A stretch of 64,000 bases of DNA from Candidatus Obscuribacterales bacterium (GCA_965228855.1 CBDDIJ010000002.1:2240001-2304000), one strand, 5' to 3'. Counted from the stretch's first letter, positions 9,320 to 20,147 are shown. Numbers and translations: made by a program. Notes: a model not told the origin generated them from the sequence alone.

Positions 9320-11815
9320 CTACATGAGCTCCACCGGTACAGGCGGAATCTGAGGTGTCATCAGACGTTTATTCGGATCCGTTATATATGCGCCCGCCGG
9401 CATGCCTTCGATTCGAGGAAGAGGACGCCGGAGTTGAAACTCGACAGCAAGCGAATTTGTGCTATCCAGCGGGGGCTGGAAGCGCCGCTCCCATGACGTA
9501 TTCGCCGGACCGGCAATGGGGCGGCCTCGGCCTGTTTCATGAAATACCAGGTCGCGCATGACTACCGACCAAACTACATCCTGAGTAGCACCGGTAGTGG
9601 TGGCGGATTTTGCGTAATAGAACGCCTGGTCTTCAGATACCGGGCTTCCCGAAAATGGATACTCCGACGCCGTGTGCAGTTGCGCGCTCTTTCGGGAATG
9701 CAGTTCCCTGGAATCGATAAGTACCGTGAGTGGTGCCATGTCATCTATGAGTCCGACTTTTGAAATGGTTTCATCCAAACTTCTATTGTTGATGGTCGCG
9801 TCGATTGTTGCTACAAGGTCTTTGGCCGGAACGAGCACAGGTCGCTGTTTTTGAAACCAGGGCGAGACCTTGCCAGGGTCGAATTGACTGTCGGTAGCTG
9901 CCCATGATGCCGCTTCGAAAAACTGTAACTCCTTAACTGGATCTTCGATGGGGAGGAAGATTGTTTTTCTTCCGATAAGAAACCCATTGGTCGGTGCATC
10001 GAACGTGTGCAGACCGTTTCGCAGGACGGTGAAGGTCGTGGCGCAAAGCTCGTAGGTTCTTGCGCTGCACCGGTCGCCATTTTGTAAAACCAGGCGAGCC
10101 AGTTCGTTGATGTAACGCAGCTGTTCTTTTCGATTGTCGATCGCATGGCAGGATGTTTTAAGTTCGGCAATTGCTTGTTCGCTCTTACGCATCTGAGTCT
10201 CAATCTTGGCTGTCTCATCCTTTGAGTTGGTCGCATGACTTTTGATGCTCTGCGCTGATAGCGCGCGCGACCAGGCTGCCAGTTCTTGCCGCTTAATCGA
10301 TAATTTCAGTTCGAGTTCCCGGTTCTCTATTGCGCATTGTTTTCGGACAAGCTTTGCTGTCGCCATCGATTCGAGGGCTGCCAGATTCGTAGAATAAACC
10401 GCCGTGAGATACCGCCCGATCAGGTCCGCATCGAAGCCTTTACGTCCGGACAGGTTGAGATTCCCGGCGCGGTCCACGAACAACGGCATCGCGCTTTGCG
10501 GATACTCTTCCAGGCGGCCGGGATATTCGAAGCACTGTTCGATAGCCTTCTGGCTTTCGCTGTGCGCCCTTGTCGTCTTTGCGAAACTATGTTCTCGTGC
10601 TCCGGTGTCAGCCACCAGGCAGCTGTTGACCGGTGCCGTGGCTGTCTCTGAATCGCCCAGTTGTTTCGGTTGTGGGAGCGGAATTTCTTGATGCAGTGCT
10701 TTAAGAACCGCTTGAGGATCTGGTGCCGGTCGAAGGTGTCTTATCCAGTGATAAATTCCGATTGCAAGAGCATCGTTCGGTTTCATCGTCGGTAAAACGG
10801 GATCGATCGTCAGTTTGAGTTCCCCGTTTCCAGGCACGGCTCCTCCCCACGCTTGCTGCCAGTTGCCGGAATTTATCCATTTGGATTTGTTTAGAAACTG
10901 AGAAGGGCTGCTAAAGCTCTGGGGGAGACCCTGAGGAAAGCGAAACAACAGACAAGTCGGCACCGCTGGTGGTGCAGTGCCGCCAAGAAGAGCGCATAAC
11001 TTGCGAACTTTGAAGACCGATCGTGTGTTTGTGGAACCTCTTGGTTCGTATTTGATTTCGAGTAGCACCGCATTTGGTAGCGCCCCTTCTGCGGCTTCAA
11101 TGAAGTTATTGGGCTCGACAACGGTTACTCGATTCGCATAAGGATAAAATCGGACGACTCGATCTTTCGTGACCGGTACAGGAAAATCCGCTTTGAAATA
11201 ACCGTTTTCTGCAAAGGTTTCGCCAAGTTCCGACTCCGGAAGCTCGTTGGTTCGCTGCAGTTTTGAATCTGAATACCGGCCCAGTCGAATTGTGAGGGCA
11301 ACGGTTTTCAAATCGGTCGGATCTTTTGCTTGCAGGGCTTTCAAAACACCGGCATGGAGAGATGTTTGAGCATCGGGGGCATTCTCGGTCGGCGTTGCCA
11401 CCGCAGCAAACATTTTCTGAACCAGGCGTTTCTCGACGACGTCGAGAGCATTCAGGTCTTGAACGATCTGCTGTTCCTGACTGGAGCTTCCCAGGGTGCT
11501 TGCCACCACGCCGGCCGCGTGCAGGCTCGCCTTTGCCGCATTTAGCGAAGTCGTTCTGTGAGGTTCTATGCCATATCCGTGACGATTTTCGATGGCTGTG
11601 TCACAAAGGGTTATGTGACCGAAACTGCTGTGTGTTTCGGTTATCGCAAGCAGTCGATTCGCAATTGCAGTCGCTTGCTCCTTAACGGGGTCATCAACGC
11701 TTCTGTCGACGTTGAGCCGGCCCATGACCAGGATATAAACGGCAATCAAAATCCCGGTGGTCATGGATGCCACCACAACATGCCACATAGGATAATCGCT
11801 TTTTGTGGTCGTCAC
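9320..11815 (-). CDS. Large hypothetical protein with an N-terminal membrane anchor and a central coiled coil
   Basis: 831-aa ORF, hydrophobic segment at aa ~10-32, heptad-like region around aa 490-580. No family recognised. Confidence 0.75.
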   Translation of the reverse strand: MTTTKSDYPMWHVVVASMTTGILIAVYILVMGRLNVDRSVDDPVKEQATAIANRLLAITETHSSFGHITLCDTAIENRHGYGIEPHRTTSLNAAKASLHAAGVVASTLGSSSQEQQIVQDLNALDVVEKRLVQKMFAAVATPTENAPDAQTSLHAGVLKALQAKDPTDLKTVALTIRLGRYSDSKLQRTNELPESELGETFAENGYFKADFPVPVTKDRVVRFYPYANRVTVVEPNNFIEAAEGALPNAVLLEIKYEPRGSTNTRSVFKVRKLCALLGGTAPPAVPTCLLFRFPQGLPQSFSSPSQFLNKSKWINSGNWQQAWGGAVPGNGELKLTIDPVLPTMKPNDALAIGIYHWIRHLRPAPDPQAVLKALHQEIPLPQPKQLGDSETATAPVNSCLVADTGAREHSFAKTTRAHSESQKAIEQCFEYPGRLEEYPQSAMPLFVDRAGNLNLSGRKGFDADLIGRYLTAVYSTNLAALESMATAKLVRKQCAIENRELELKLSIKRQELAAWSRALSAQSIKSHATNSKDETAKIETQMRKSEQAIAELKTSCHAIDNRKEQLRYINELARLVLQNGDRCSARTYELCATTFTVLRNGLHTFDAPTNGFLIGRKTIFLPIEDPVKELQFFEAASWAATDSQFDPGKVSPWFQKQRPVLVPAKDLVATIDATINNRSLDETISKVGLIDDMAPLTVLIDSRELHSRKSAQLHTASEYPFSGSPVSEDQAFYYAKSATTTGATQDVVWSVVMRDLVFHETGRGRPIAGPANTSWERRFQPPLDSTNSLAVEFQLRRPLPRIEGMPAGAYITDPNKRLMTPQIPPVPVELM

Positions 11816-11898
11816 CTTGTTGTAGATCCGAAAAGCTTGTCACAAATTGGGTTTGAACCACCGCACTACTGGATAATACCAGAGAACAGATGGCTTAA

Positions 11899-12957
11899 AT
11901 GGCTGCCACGTTTGGTACGATTCTTTTATCTGGAGAAGTGATTGTTTGGATGCTCAGCAAATGCGATTGGCCGCTAGTGAATAGCCTGGCGATTAAACAG
12001 ACGGCAAGAACGGCAGTGATTCTGTTGATGGCTTGCTCGGCTGCGACTGTATCAATTATCGGACTGCCCGCGCCATCGATTGCTCGAGAGGACGGTGAAG
12101 TTGAAATTCAAGATCCGAGTCTATTGATCGAGGAGCAATTGATTGATGAGGGATCGTTCTCTGCCGCTCGCGCTCGTCTAGATAAGCTGCAGGTTGAGCG
12201 CCCTGATGATGTAAACGTAAAAATTCTTGCTGCTCGTTTCTTCCGAAAGATTGGTCTCTGGTCTGTGGCTATCATGGAGTACGAGAAGGTCCGGCGCGTC
12301 AAACCAGAAATTGTAGAACCGTATATTGCGCTTTCCGAGATGCACAGGGAGAACCTGAGCACTGAGATCGCGCTTGCAATGGCTGAAGAAGCGGTCGCAC
12401 GCGCACCTCACTCGGTACGCGCCCGTGAGGCCTTGATTTCTGCTTTGATTGATAGTCACAACGTCGGTCAAGCGCAGGCGGAGCTACTGGCTCTTAGCAA
12501 GTCGCGTCCCACTGATCCTGATGTTCTCTATCTATCGTTCAAAGTTAAGAAGGCGCTTGGTGAGCTTGAACAGGCGCGAATCGATCTAGAAAAGGCGATG
12601 AAATTGAGTCCGAATAATGTCGCCTGGTATTTTGACCTTGCTGAAATTTATGAAGACACAGGCGATTATCAACAAGCGCGTGCCACCATCGGAAAGTATA
12701 TCGAGGCTTCTCCGGACTCTACGCGAGCACTGGCTAAACTGGCGGAAATACTGGAATTTCGCTTGTACGACCTTGACGGTGCAAAACAGGTTTACGATCG
12801 AATACTGGTAATCGAACCTGACAATCAGTCGGCCCTGGCCGGCAAAGACCGGCTTCTGAAGAAGCGCAACGATCTTGCGTCCACGATTAAGAGAAACATC
12901 TACAAGCTCTTCTCGTTTATCGTCTCGATTTTCTCTTCGAATAGGGCTGCAGTTTGA
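11899..12957 (+). CDS. Exported TPR-repeat protein
   Basis: Signal-like N-terminus and several TPR repeats (e.g. LEKAMKLSPNNVAWYFDLAEIY). The true start may be downstream. Confidence 0.8.
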   Translation: MAATFGTILLSGEVIVWMLSKCDWPLVNSLAIKQTARTAVILLMACSAATVSIIGLPAPSIAREDGEVEIQDPSLLIEEQLIDEGSFSAARARLDKLQVERPDDVNVKILAARFFRKIGLWSVAIMEYEKVRRVKPEIVEPYIALSEMHRENLSTEIALAMAEEAVARAPHSVRAREALISALIDSHNVGQAQAELLALSKSRPTDPDVLYLSFKVKKALGELEQARIDLEKAMKLSPNNVAWYFDLAEIYEDTGDYQQARATIGKYIEASPDSTRALAKLAEILEFRLYDLDGAKQVYDRILVIEPDNQSALAGKDRLLKKRNDLASTIKRNIYKLFSFIVSIFSSNRAAV

Positions 12958-13020
12958 GACCGGCTTATGCCCGTTCTGACCAGTGAGAGAACTGAGAATC
13001 GCACCATGTCGCGCGCCTGA

Positions 13021-13048
13021 CAAAACGGGCGACTCGAAAGTCGCCCGT
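13021..13048 (-). terminator. Intrinsic terminator of purA
   Basis: acgggcgact-cgaa-agtcgcccgt perfect stem with a T-run on the minus strand. Confidence 0.8.
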
Positions 13049-13070
13049 CAAAGTTTTATTTTGAAGTGGA

Positions 13071-14402
13071 CTAAACAGCCGTTGTTGGTTTGCTCAGTAC
13101 GCGCTTCGGTCCGTGAATCGGATCTTCGATTACGACTGTGTTGTCGCGGTTCGGTCCGACACTGACGATAGCGATCGGAATGTCCAATTCTTTTGCGATG
13201 AAGTTCAAATAAGCTTTTGCCTGTTCCGGAAGATCCGCGAACTTCTTGCAGTCGGTGGTCGGCTTCAACCAGCCTTTCAGAGTGGTGTATACCGGTTCCA
13301 TTTGTTTGTAGCGGCTGCCGATTGTTGGCATGTCGGTGAATGTTTCGCCGGTCACACGATCGCGGTAGTGCGTGCAGACCTGCAGTTCTTCGAAGCCATC
13401 GAGAACGTCCAGCTTCGTGATGGCGAGGCAATCGAGACCATTGATGCGAACTGCATATCTGCCGATCACAGCATCGAACCAACCGCAACGTCTTGGACGA
13501 CCAGTCGTCGTGCCGACTTCAGCGCCGACTTCTCTGATCTTCTGACCGAACGAATCGGTCAATTCCGTTGGGAACGGACCTTCGCCTACGCGGGTGACAT
13601 AAGCTTTCATGACGCCGATTACACGGTCGACGCTAGTCGGTCCGACGCCGGTTCCGGTGCATGCGCCGCCGGCGGCAGGACTGGAGCTGGTTACGTAAGG
13701 ATAGGTTCCATGATCGAGGTCGAGGAGAGTTCCCTGTGCGCCTTCGAAAAGGATGTTTTTACGATCGCCGACCGCTTCGAAGATCAAGGCCGCGGTGTCG
13801 GTTACGTATTTCTTGATCTTCTGACCGAGTTCATAGTACTCGTTCAGAATCTCTTCCGCATTCAATGGCGGCAAGTTGTAGATGCGCTCCAGAAGTACGT
13901 TTTTGCGGGGCACCATCCAGTCGAGTTTCGCTTTTAGTACTTCGCGATCGAGCAAGTCTTCCATGCGAATACCGGAGCGGGCGCATTTGTCAGCGTAGGT
14001 CGGTCCGATTCCGCGTTTGGTCGTACCGATTTTCTGATCTCCACGGCTGTCTTCTTCTGCCGCATCGATGGCTAGGTGATAGGGCATCGTGACGTGCGCT
14101 GCCGATGAGATTTTCAGGTTGGCGTCTTCCAGACCGCGCTCTTTCAACGCTTCGATTTCGGCTATGAAGGATTTCGGGTCGATTACCATTCCAGGACCGA
14201 GAATGCAGATTTTGCCGGTGTAGATAATTCCGGACGGAATCAAGTGAAATTTATATGTTTCACCATTAGCTACAACCGTGTGACCAGCGTTTGCGCCGCC
14301 CTGATAGCGAACAACGATGTCAGCATTTCTGGCTAACAAGTCAGTTACTTTTGCCTTGCCCTCATCACCGAATTGGGCACCGACTACAATTACGTTTGCC
14401 AA
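13071..14402 (-). CDS. purA: Adenylosuccinate synthetase
   Basis: [27 protein letters not shown] and [12 protein letters not shown] motifs. TTG start. Confidence 0.99.
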   Translation of the reverse strand: MANVIVVGAQFGDEGKAKVTDLLARNADIVVRYQGGANAGHTVVANGETYKFHLIPSGIIYTGKICILGPGMVIDPKSFIAEIEALKERGLEDANLKISSAAHVTMPYHLAIDAAEEDSRGDQKIGTTKRGIGPTYADKCARSGIRMEDLLDREVLKAKLDWMVPRKNVLLERIYNLPPLNAEEILNEYYELGQKIKKYVTDTAALIFEAVGDRKNILFEGAQGTLLDLDHGTYPYVTSSSPAAGGACTGTGVGPTSVDRVIGVMKAYVTRVGEGPFPTELTDSFGQKIREVGAEVGTTTGRPRRCGWFDAVIGRYAVRINGLDCLAITKLDVLDGFEELQVCTHYRDRVTGETFTDMPTIGSRYKQMEPVYTTLKGWLKPTTDCKKFADLPEQAKAYLNFIAKELDIPIAIVSVGPNRDNTVVIEDPIHGPKRVLSKPTTAV

Positions 14403-14546
14403 AGCTATCTCTCCCGAGATTGGGTTGCCGACTGCATTGTTAGCGACAGGCGAAGAAGGCCGTTAAGGGACCCGGCAACTTAGACCGACAGGCACTCAAC
14501 ATCGCCGCACGAAAAGTCCATTCTTCAGACTTTCCAGAACCTGAAT

Positions 14547-14575
14547 AGTCTAGGCTACACGCCAAGAGCTGTCAA
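14547..14575 (-). promoter_or_regulatory. Sigma70-type promoter for purA
   Basis: Minus strand reads TTGACA-17 nt-TAGACT. Confidence 0.75.
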
Positions 14576-14751
14576 TTTAATGCGCTTCTTTTTTGCGGGC
14601 TTATTAAGCAAAATCACGGGGGGATGAGCCTTTCGCCCCGGTCTATTAGAATTACTTACACTTGGTGAAACCGACGTCATCAAGTATGGGTGCCCGATTG
14701 TGTAATATAAAATCGATATCGATCGATGCTTCGCCTCTGAGTCTCCGCTCC

Positions 14752-15777
14752 ATGACAGTTGTATTTGACCAGGCCTTAACAAAGAGCCAGCCTCTCGTGA
14801 CGAAATTCTTCGTTTCTGCGATGGACCAGGGAAAACTGGCCCATGCCTACATTTTCGTCGGCGGTAATAATCGAGATAAATGGCTCACCGTGCGGCAGAT
14901 GGCGCTGTTTCTCAACTGTACCGATGGCGAGAAAGCCACTTCCGGAGCTTGCGGAATCAGAGAAATGGACGAAAGTAAGCGTTGCCAGAGTTGCCGCTGG
15001 ATTCGAGAAGGCAAGCATCCGCAAGCCTGGTTCGAACTAAAGGATCCTGACTCTACGACCACCATTATCCCTGTCGACCGTGCCCGTCAGATTTCGGCCG
15101 AGCTGTCGAAAACGTCTTCGTACAAGAGAGTTATCGTGGTCGAGGATGCCAGTCAGGAAGTGTTTCATAGACCGGCAGCCAATGCGCTTCTGAAAACCAT
15201 CGAGGAGCCAAGAGGTGTGTTGCTCTTTGCTTTTTTTGCGCGCTCCGTTGAGCAGGTTTTACCAACAATCGTCAGTCGTTGCCAGATAGTGCCGTTTCGC
15301 CGTGATGGCGAAGAGTTGGTCGGGCCAATCGCACTCACAAGCCAGGGAAGCAAGGAAGTTCTCTCACGGGCGTTGGCTGAACACCGAGAGCTGGTGCCGC
15401 TTGTTGCATCCATGAAAGACCGAAAGTTTTTCGAGTGGTCGAAGTCGCGCACAAGCAGGACCTACGGACACCATTCCGAAGGGGAGTCTGAACATGCGAT
15501 CGCGGTTGCAGACGCACTCGATTTCGGAAAGATGATCACCGACCTGATCGACCACGATCACGATAGTGATGCGGTAATCGACGGCGCTGTTTTGACAGAG
15601 GTCGAAATTATCGGAAACCGCGCAATAAAAGAGCCGGGTATGAGTGCTTATCTGCGAGATTTGTTGAAACTCTCGGAGGAGGCGAAAACGCACTTGCGAC
15701 GCTATGTCGGAAAGAAGGCGGCGATCGATTGTTTCGTTATCGACTGGACGAACTTGAGAAGCAAGACAAGAGCGTAG
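14752..15777 (+). CDS. holB: DNA polymerase III delta' subunit
   Basis: LAHAYIFVG, Zn-module Cys residues, AANALLKTIEEP and LPTIVSRCQ. Start ATG 14752 preferred. Confidence 0.88.
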   Translation: MTVVFDQALTKSQPLVTKFFVSAMDQGKLAHAYIFVGGNNRDKWLTVRQMALFLNCTDGEKATSGACGIREMDESKRCQSCRWIREGKHPQAWFELKDPDSTTTIIPVDRARQISAELSKTSSYKRVIVVEDASQEVFHRPAANALLKTIEEPRGVLLFAFFARSVEQVLPTIVSRCQIVPFRRDGEELVGPIALTSQGSKEVLSRALAEHRELVPLVASMKDRKFFEWSKSRTSRTYGHHSEGESEHAIAVADALDFGKMITDLIDHDHDSDAVIDGAVLTEVEIIGNRAIKEPGMSAYLRDLLKLSEEAKTHLRRYVGKKAAIDCFVIDWTNLRSKTRA

Positions 15778-15857
15778 TTAAGATCTAGTTTTAGTATCAT
15801 GATTCTGGGAAGGTAATTCGTATGAATTGCCACGCGGATTTTCAGGAGGACTAGAAC

Positions 15858-17018
15858 TTGGCTAAAGGCAAAGGTGAGGATTCACCACCAGCAGCACCCA
15901 ACCTCGTCAAAGAGATTCTCTGCCCTCAATTATTTCTGGCAATGATCTGCGGCGGCGCTTTTGCATACACGGTCGCTCAGCCGCTCAGCATACCTACTGT
16001 GACTGCTCCAGGAATCAAGAAAGCCGATGTGCCGGACCGCGGCGTCAGCCCATCCAACATCGACAATGACAAGATTTTCGCGCAGATAGACGCAGTCGAT
16101 GCGATGGTTTTGTTGAACAAAGGCGAAAAGGAAAAGGCTATTCAAGCCGCTCTTGAGATAGGGAAGAGTCGCGAGAAACGCAAGGACCCTGTTCAACTGC
16201 TGGCTGCAGGCTCAGTTCTTCTAACTTCGGATTCAAAACAATACAAATGGAAAGGCAATACGCTGCTCGAAAAGGCAGAGAGAGTCGCTCCGAAAAGTCG
16301 TTATGTAAAACTTGTGCGTGCGCGCGAGCTTTATAAGCAAGGCCGGATGCAAGATGCCATCGATGAATATCAAGCCTGCTTGAATTTGTCGCCGGAAGAC
16401 TGGGTTACTCCGCGGCTTGAACTCGCGAATTTATTCATGATGAACGAAGAAGGTTTGAAAGCCATCGATATGTTCAAGGAAGTCCTTCAGCTCAAGCCTG
16501 AAGATCCTCGCATATTGAAGCGCCTGGGTATAACGATGGCCGTCAACTCCGACCACAAAGGCGGTTTCGAGAAGTTTATCGAAGGTTCGAGAATCGAGTA
16601 CGACAAACCCGACTACAATGCCGAAGTTCAGACTCTGGTGGATAAGAACGCCGGACTCGTGGAAAGCGCTATCAACGACGCTCGCGCGGAAGTCGAAAAG
16701 AATCCGGACAGCGTGAAAAAGCGAATTACCCTCGCCCGTTTGCTCATATCTGTAAACCGCTTGAACCAGGCCAAAGAGCAGCTTGGTGAAGCGCAGAAAC
16801 GCCGCGAAACCGACCCGGAAATTCACGAAGTCCTGGCGGAGTGCAACTATCGAATGAAGCTGTCCGGAGATGCGGAAGCGGAATTTTCAACTACGGCACG
16901 GCTGGAGCCGCTCAACAAGCCTGCGGCACCATCAACCAAAGTGTATCTTCCGACCTGGGAAGATTTACACGAAGAGGAAGTGTTGGAAAAAGAGCCCGAT
17001 CCCAACGCGGATAAGTAA
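15858..17018 (+). CDS. Membrane-anchored TPR protein
   Basis: AGGAGG RBS with TTG start, N-terminal hydrophobic helix, TPR repeats. Confidence 0.8.
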   Translation: MAKGKGEDSPPAAPNLVKEILCPQLFLAMICGGAFAYTVAQPLSIPTVTAPGIKKADVPDRGVSPSNIDNDKIFAQIDAVDAMVLLNKGEKEKAIQAALEIGKSREKRKDPVQLLAAGSVLLTSDSKQYKWKGNTLLEKAERVAPKSRYVKLVRARELYKQGRMQDAIDEYQACLNLSPEDWVTPRLELANLFMMNEEGLKAIDMFKEVLQLKPEDPRILKRLGITMAVNSDHKGGFEKFIEGSRIEYDKPDYNAEVQTLVDKNAGLVESAINDARAEVEKNPDSVKKRITLARLLISVNRLNQAKEQLGEAQKRRETDPEIHEVLAECNYRMKLSGDAEAEFSTTARLEPLNKPAAPSTKVYLPTWEDLHEEEVLEKEPDPNADK

Positions 17019-17052
17019 AGGCGAGAGCCTCTGTTCATCACGGTTTTCGAAT

Positions 17053-17081
17053 AACGCTCGCTTGACGAAGGCGAGCGTTTT
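17053..17081. terminator. Probable bidirectional terminator between convergent genes
   Basis: aacgctcgc ... gcgagcgtttt stem-loop. Confidence 0.7.
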
Positions 17082-17093
17082 ACTTCGTCGACA

Positions 17094-18080
17094 CTAAATT
17101 GTGGCGGTCGTGGAGTGTTTTTCCAACTCGGCGAGCTGTTCGTAAAGGGCCCGTTCTTTCTCCGTCGGATTCGATGGAATCACGATCTTGACGCGTATCA
17201 ATAAATCGCCTTTAGTCGCATTTTTAGCAGGTAAGCCTCGTTGCTTTAGACGAAGCATGCGTCCGTTTTGGGTTCCGGCTGGAATTTTGATTTTGACTGT
17301 TCCGTCTAAAGTCGGCACTGGAGCTTGCCCTCCAAGGACAGCGAGTGCCGGCGAGATCGAAATTTCACAAATGACATTGTCACCGTCTATGGTGAACTCT
17401 GCATGCGGTTTCACCTTGACACGCAGATATAGATCGCCGCGACCACGCTGGGTCGCCATTCCCTGACCGGCGATTCTCACGCGCGAACCCGCTCTGACAC
17501 CGGCTGGAATCTTTACGTCGATGGTTTTCGGTTCGGCTCCGGGCGGTGTGATCTTGAGTGTGCGCTGAGCTCCGTGAGCGAGTTCTTCGACCGTCAGCTC
17601 GATGTCGGCCTCCTGGTCGTACATACGCGCCGAGCGATCTTGCTGGGTTTGACGCTGTTGACCGGCTCGTTGCTGCTGTTGCGACGTACCGCGAGCGCCT
17701 CCCTGAGGCGGCGGTTGTCCGAATGTCTGACCGAAGAGAATGTCGAAGAAGTCGGAGAATGCTCCTTGCTTGCCGAAGTCGCCGAATTTTTCGAAGTCGA
17801 AATTGAAGCCGCCACCGCCTCCGAAATCCGGCGGTGGTCGGAAGTCCGATCCGGCTTTGTAATTCGAGCCCAGGGTGTCGTAGCGTTTGCGTTTATCCGG
17901 ATCCTTGAGAACTTCGTATGCTTCGGCGATTTCCTTGAACTTCTCTTCTGCACCCTTATCGCCCTTGTTGGCGTCCGGGTGAAACTTGCGGGCAAGACCG
18001 CGGTACGCGGTCTTGATCTCCTTTTGAGTGGCTGTTCTTGGTACCCCAAGAGTCTGGTAATAGTCTTTGAACTTGACCAC
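17094..18080 (-). CDS. Class B J-domain chaperone (DnaJ/CbpA-like, no zinc finger)
   Basis: [11 protein letters not shown] motif, G/F-rich region and DnaJ C-terminal domain. No CxxCxGxG repeats. Confidence 0.92.
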   Translation of the reverse strand: MVKFKDYYQTLGVPRTATQKEIKTAYRGLARKFHPDANKGDKGAEEKFKEIAEAYEVLKDPDKRKRYDTLGSNYKAGSDFRPPPDFGGGGGFNFDFEKFGDFGKQGAFSDFFDILFGQTFGQPPPQGGARGTSQQQQRAGQQRQTQQDRSARMYDQEADIELTVEELAHGAQRTLKITPPGAEPKTIDVKIPAGVRAGSRVRIAGQGMATQRGRGDLYLRVKVKPHAEFTIDGDNVICEISISPALAVLGGQAPVPTLDGTVKIKIPAGTQNGRMLRLKQRGLPAKNATKGDLLIRVKIVIPSNPTEKERALYEQLAELEKHSTTATI

Positions 18081-18328
18081 CGGAAGCCACTCCTGAATGA
18101 TTGTTGGTGCGACGAACGTCAGTTTTACTGACGCTGGAATTACTCATTCCTTTGTTCTTTTGTAGCACAGAGGCCCGCGTAATTCCAGGGATTTCTATCT
18201 GTGGCGCGGCTACTGAAATCCGATTAAAAGTTGTTTCTTTTGGGCATATGGTATGCGGGTTGTAATGGCTACGTTGTTGGGAAAACAGCTTGCCGGGTTG
18301 GGGAAGCTTGTTGTTTGAGGGTCGAGTG

Positions 18329-18814
18329 GTGAGCGTTATCGCGCGGTTAAGCTCCAGGAGAAGATCCGGGCAGTCGACGGTCGAGTTGGTGTGCGGACTG
18401 TTTGTTCTGGTGCCGCTCGTGCTTGTGCTGTTCGATCTGGCGGTTATTGTTATCGGCGTACAGGTCAACGACCAGACCTGCCGGCAAGCAGCTCGTGCAG
18501 CCGCATCCGGCGATCCAGCCAGCGCAACCCAGCGTGCGCAAGCGGTGGTTGCTCGTGCCAATCAACAAGGTTCATCGATGCTCAGCAACTTCACTTTGAT
18601 TACGCCGCTAGGTTTCACTCCAAACTCGGTCGTAGCCGATGCCGCAGCCCTGGTCCCTTATGGTGGAACCGTTTCAGGTACAGTTACTGTTCAAACCGAA
18701 GTCGATATCCACCCGTTTATCGTCCCTTACGTCTACAGTGGGGGCGCCCCACTCAAGTTCCGGAGCTCGCAAACATTTCCGTTTACCCACGTCGTGAAAA
18801 ACACGGCAAATTGA
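18329..18814 (+). CDS. TadE/TadG-like pseudopilin
   Basis: Basic leader RRRSG followed by QSTVE (Glu at +5), a hydrophobic helix and the CRQAARAAA motif. Probable GTG start at 18329. Confidence 0.75.
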   Translation: MSVIARLSSRRRSGQSTVELVCGLFVLVPLVLVLFDLAVIVIGVQVNDQTCRQAARAAASGDPASATQRAQAVVARANQQGSSMLSNFTLITPLGFTPNSVVADAAALVPYGGTVSGTVTVQTEVDIHPFIVPYVYSGGAPLKFRSSQTFPFTHVVKNTAN

Positions 18815-18853
18815 GGACCTTCCGGGTCCGCCGACATCTGCTGCCAATAAGGC

Positions 18854-18885
18854 GAAAAGCGCGTCCCGTACAGGACGCGCTTTTC
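18854..18885. terminator. Bidirectional terminator ending rplA and the TadE-like gene
   Basis: gaaaagcgcgtcc-cgtaca-ggacgcgcttttc, a 13-bp perfect stem. Confidence 0.88.
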
Positions 18886-18907
18886 AATTCTTCGATTTTG
18901 GATTCGA

Positions 18908-19627
18908 CTAAACAGTTGCAGCCGCTTTGGTTTGCAACGAGCCCAGATCCAACTTCACTCCTGGTCCCATTGTGGAACTTACATAAATCGATTTGATGTA
19001 AGTGCCTTTGACCGACGGAGGTTTTACTTTGTTGATCACATCGACAACAGCATTGACGTTCTGCAAAAGGCGCTCGTCTTCGAAAGAGAGTTTGCCGATT
19101 GCCATTTGAACCAGTCCGCCATTTTTCTCCGCGCGGAAGGAAACCTTACCGGCTTTCAATTCTTTGATTGTTTTGCCGACGTCGGTTGTGACCGTTCCGT
19201 CTTTCGGGTTGGGCATCAGTCCTTTAGGACCGAGTACTTTACCGAGTTTGGAGAGCATAGCCATGCAGTCCGGTGTAGCAACGAGTTTGTCGAAGTCGAG
19301 GAAACCGCCACCAATTTTTTCAGCGAGGTCTTCCGAACCGGCGTGGTCTGCACCCGCGTCGAGTGCTTCTTGCACTTTCTCGCCTTTAGCGACTACAGCG
19401 ATGCGGACTTCTTTGCCTGTGCCACCGGGCAAAGTCACTGTCGAACGGATTTGTTGATCGTTCAACTTGGTGTTGATACCCAGGCGGAAAGCGATTTCCA
19501 CTGTGGGATCGAATTTGACGGATTTCTCTTCTTTGAGAATTTTGATTGCTTCAGCAGCGCTGACCGGGTCTCTGTATTTTGTTTTGACTTCGGCAAGACG
19601 CTTCTGTCTTTTCGTGGGTTTAGCCAT
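18908..19627 (-). CDS. rplA: 50S ribosomal protein L1
   Basis: KFDPTVE, LGKVLGPKGLMPNPK and SSTMGPG motifs. Confidence 0.99.
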   Translation of the reverse strand: MAKPTKRQKRLAEVKTKYRDPVSAAEAIKILKEEKSVKFDPTVEIAFRLGINTKLNDQQIRSTVTLPGGTGKEVRIAVVAKGEKVQEALDAGADHAGSEDLAEKIGGGFLDFDKLVATPDCMAMLSKLGKVLGPKGLMPNPKDGTVTTDVGKTIKELKAGKVSFRAEKNGGLVQMAIGKLSFEDERLLQNVNAVVDVINKVKPPSVKGTYIKSIYVSSTMGPGVKLDLGSLQTKAAATV

Positions 19628-19727
19628 TTTCTTTTCCTTATTTATTAGATGCGGGCGTCGACGCCTTTACGTCGACTCTCTAATCCGAACCTGGGTTCGG
19701 TTTGTCGGCAGTGCCGACGTCAATCAA

Positions 19728-20147
19728 CTACTTGATTGTGAGGCCCATATTGCGAGCGGTTCCTGCAACCATTCGCTCAGCAGCTTCGATGTCGACAGCG
19801 TTCAAGTCAGGCATTTTGATCGTTGCGATCTCGGTGATCTGAGCTTTGCTGATGCTGCCTACTTTGGTTTGATTCGGCTTAGCCGAGCCCTTTTCAATCT
19901 TCGCAGCTTTTTTGAGCAGTTCAGACGTCGGAGGGGTTTTCAAAACGAAATCGAAAGAGCGATCTTCGAAAACCGTGATTTCAACAGGAATGATGGTTCC
20001 TTGTTTATCTTGGGTTTTCGCGTTGTACTCTTTGCAGAACTGCATGATGTTCACACCATGTTGACCCAGAGCTGGACCAATAGGCGGTGCCGGGTTTGCT
20101 TTTCCGGCTTGAATTTGCAATTTGATTTTTCCAGTAACCTTTTTCAC
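19728..20147 (-). CDS. rplK: 50S ribosomal protein L11
   Basis: [31 protein letters not shown] start. Confidence 0.99.
   Translation of the reverse strand: MKKVTGKIKLQIQAGKANPAPPIGPALGQHGVNIMQFCKEYNAKTQDKQGTIIPVEITVFEDRSFDFVLKTPPTSELLKKAAKIEKGSAKPNQTKVGSISKAQITEIATIKMPDLNAVDIEAAERMVAGTARNMGLTIK

Noticed and set aside
13113..13937. 274-aa plus-strand ORF
   Set aside because: Antisense to purA with no recognisable motifs.
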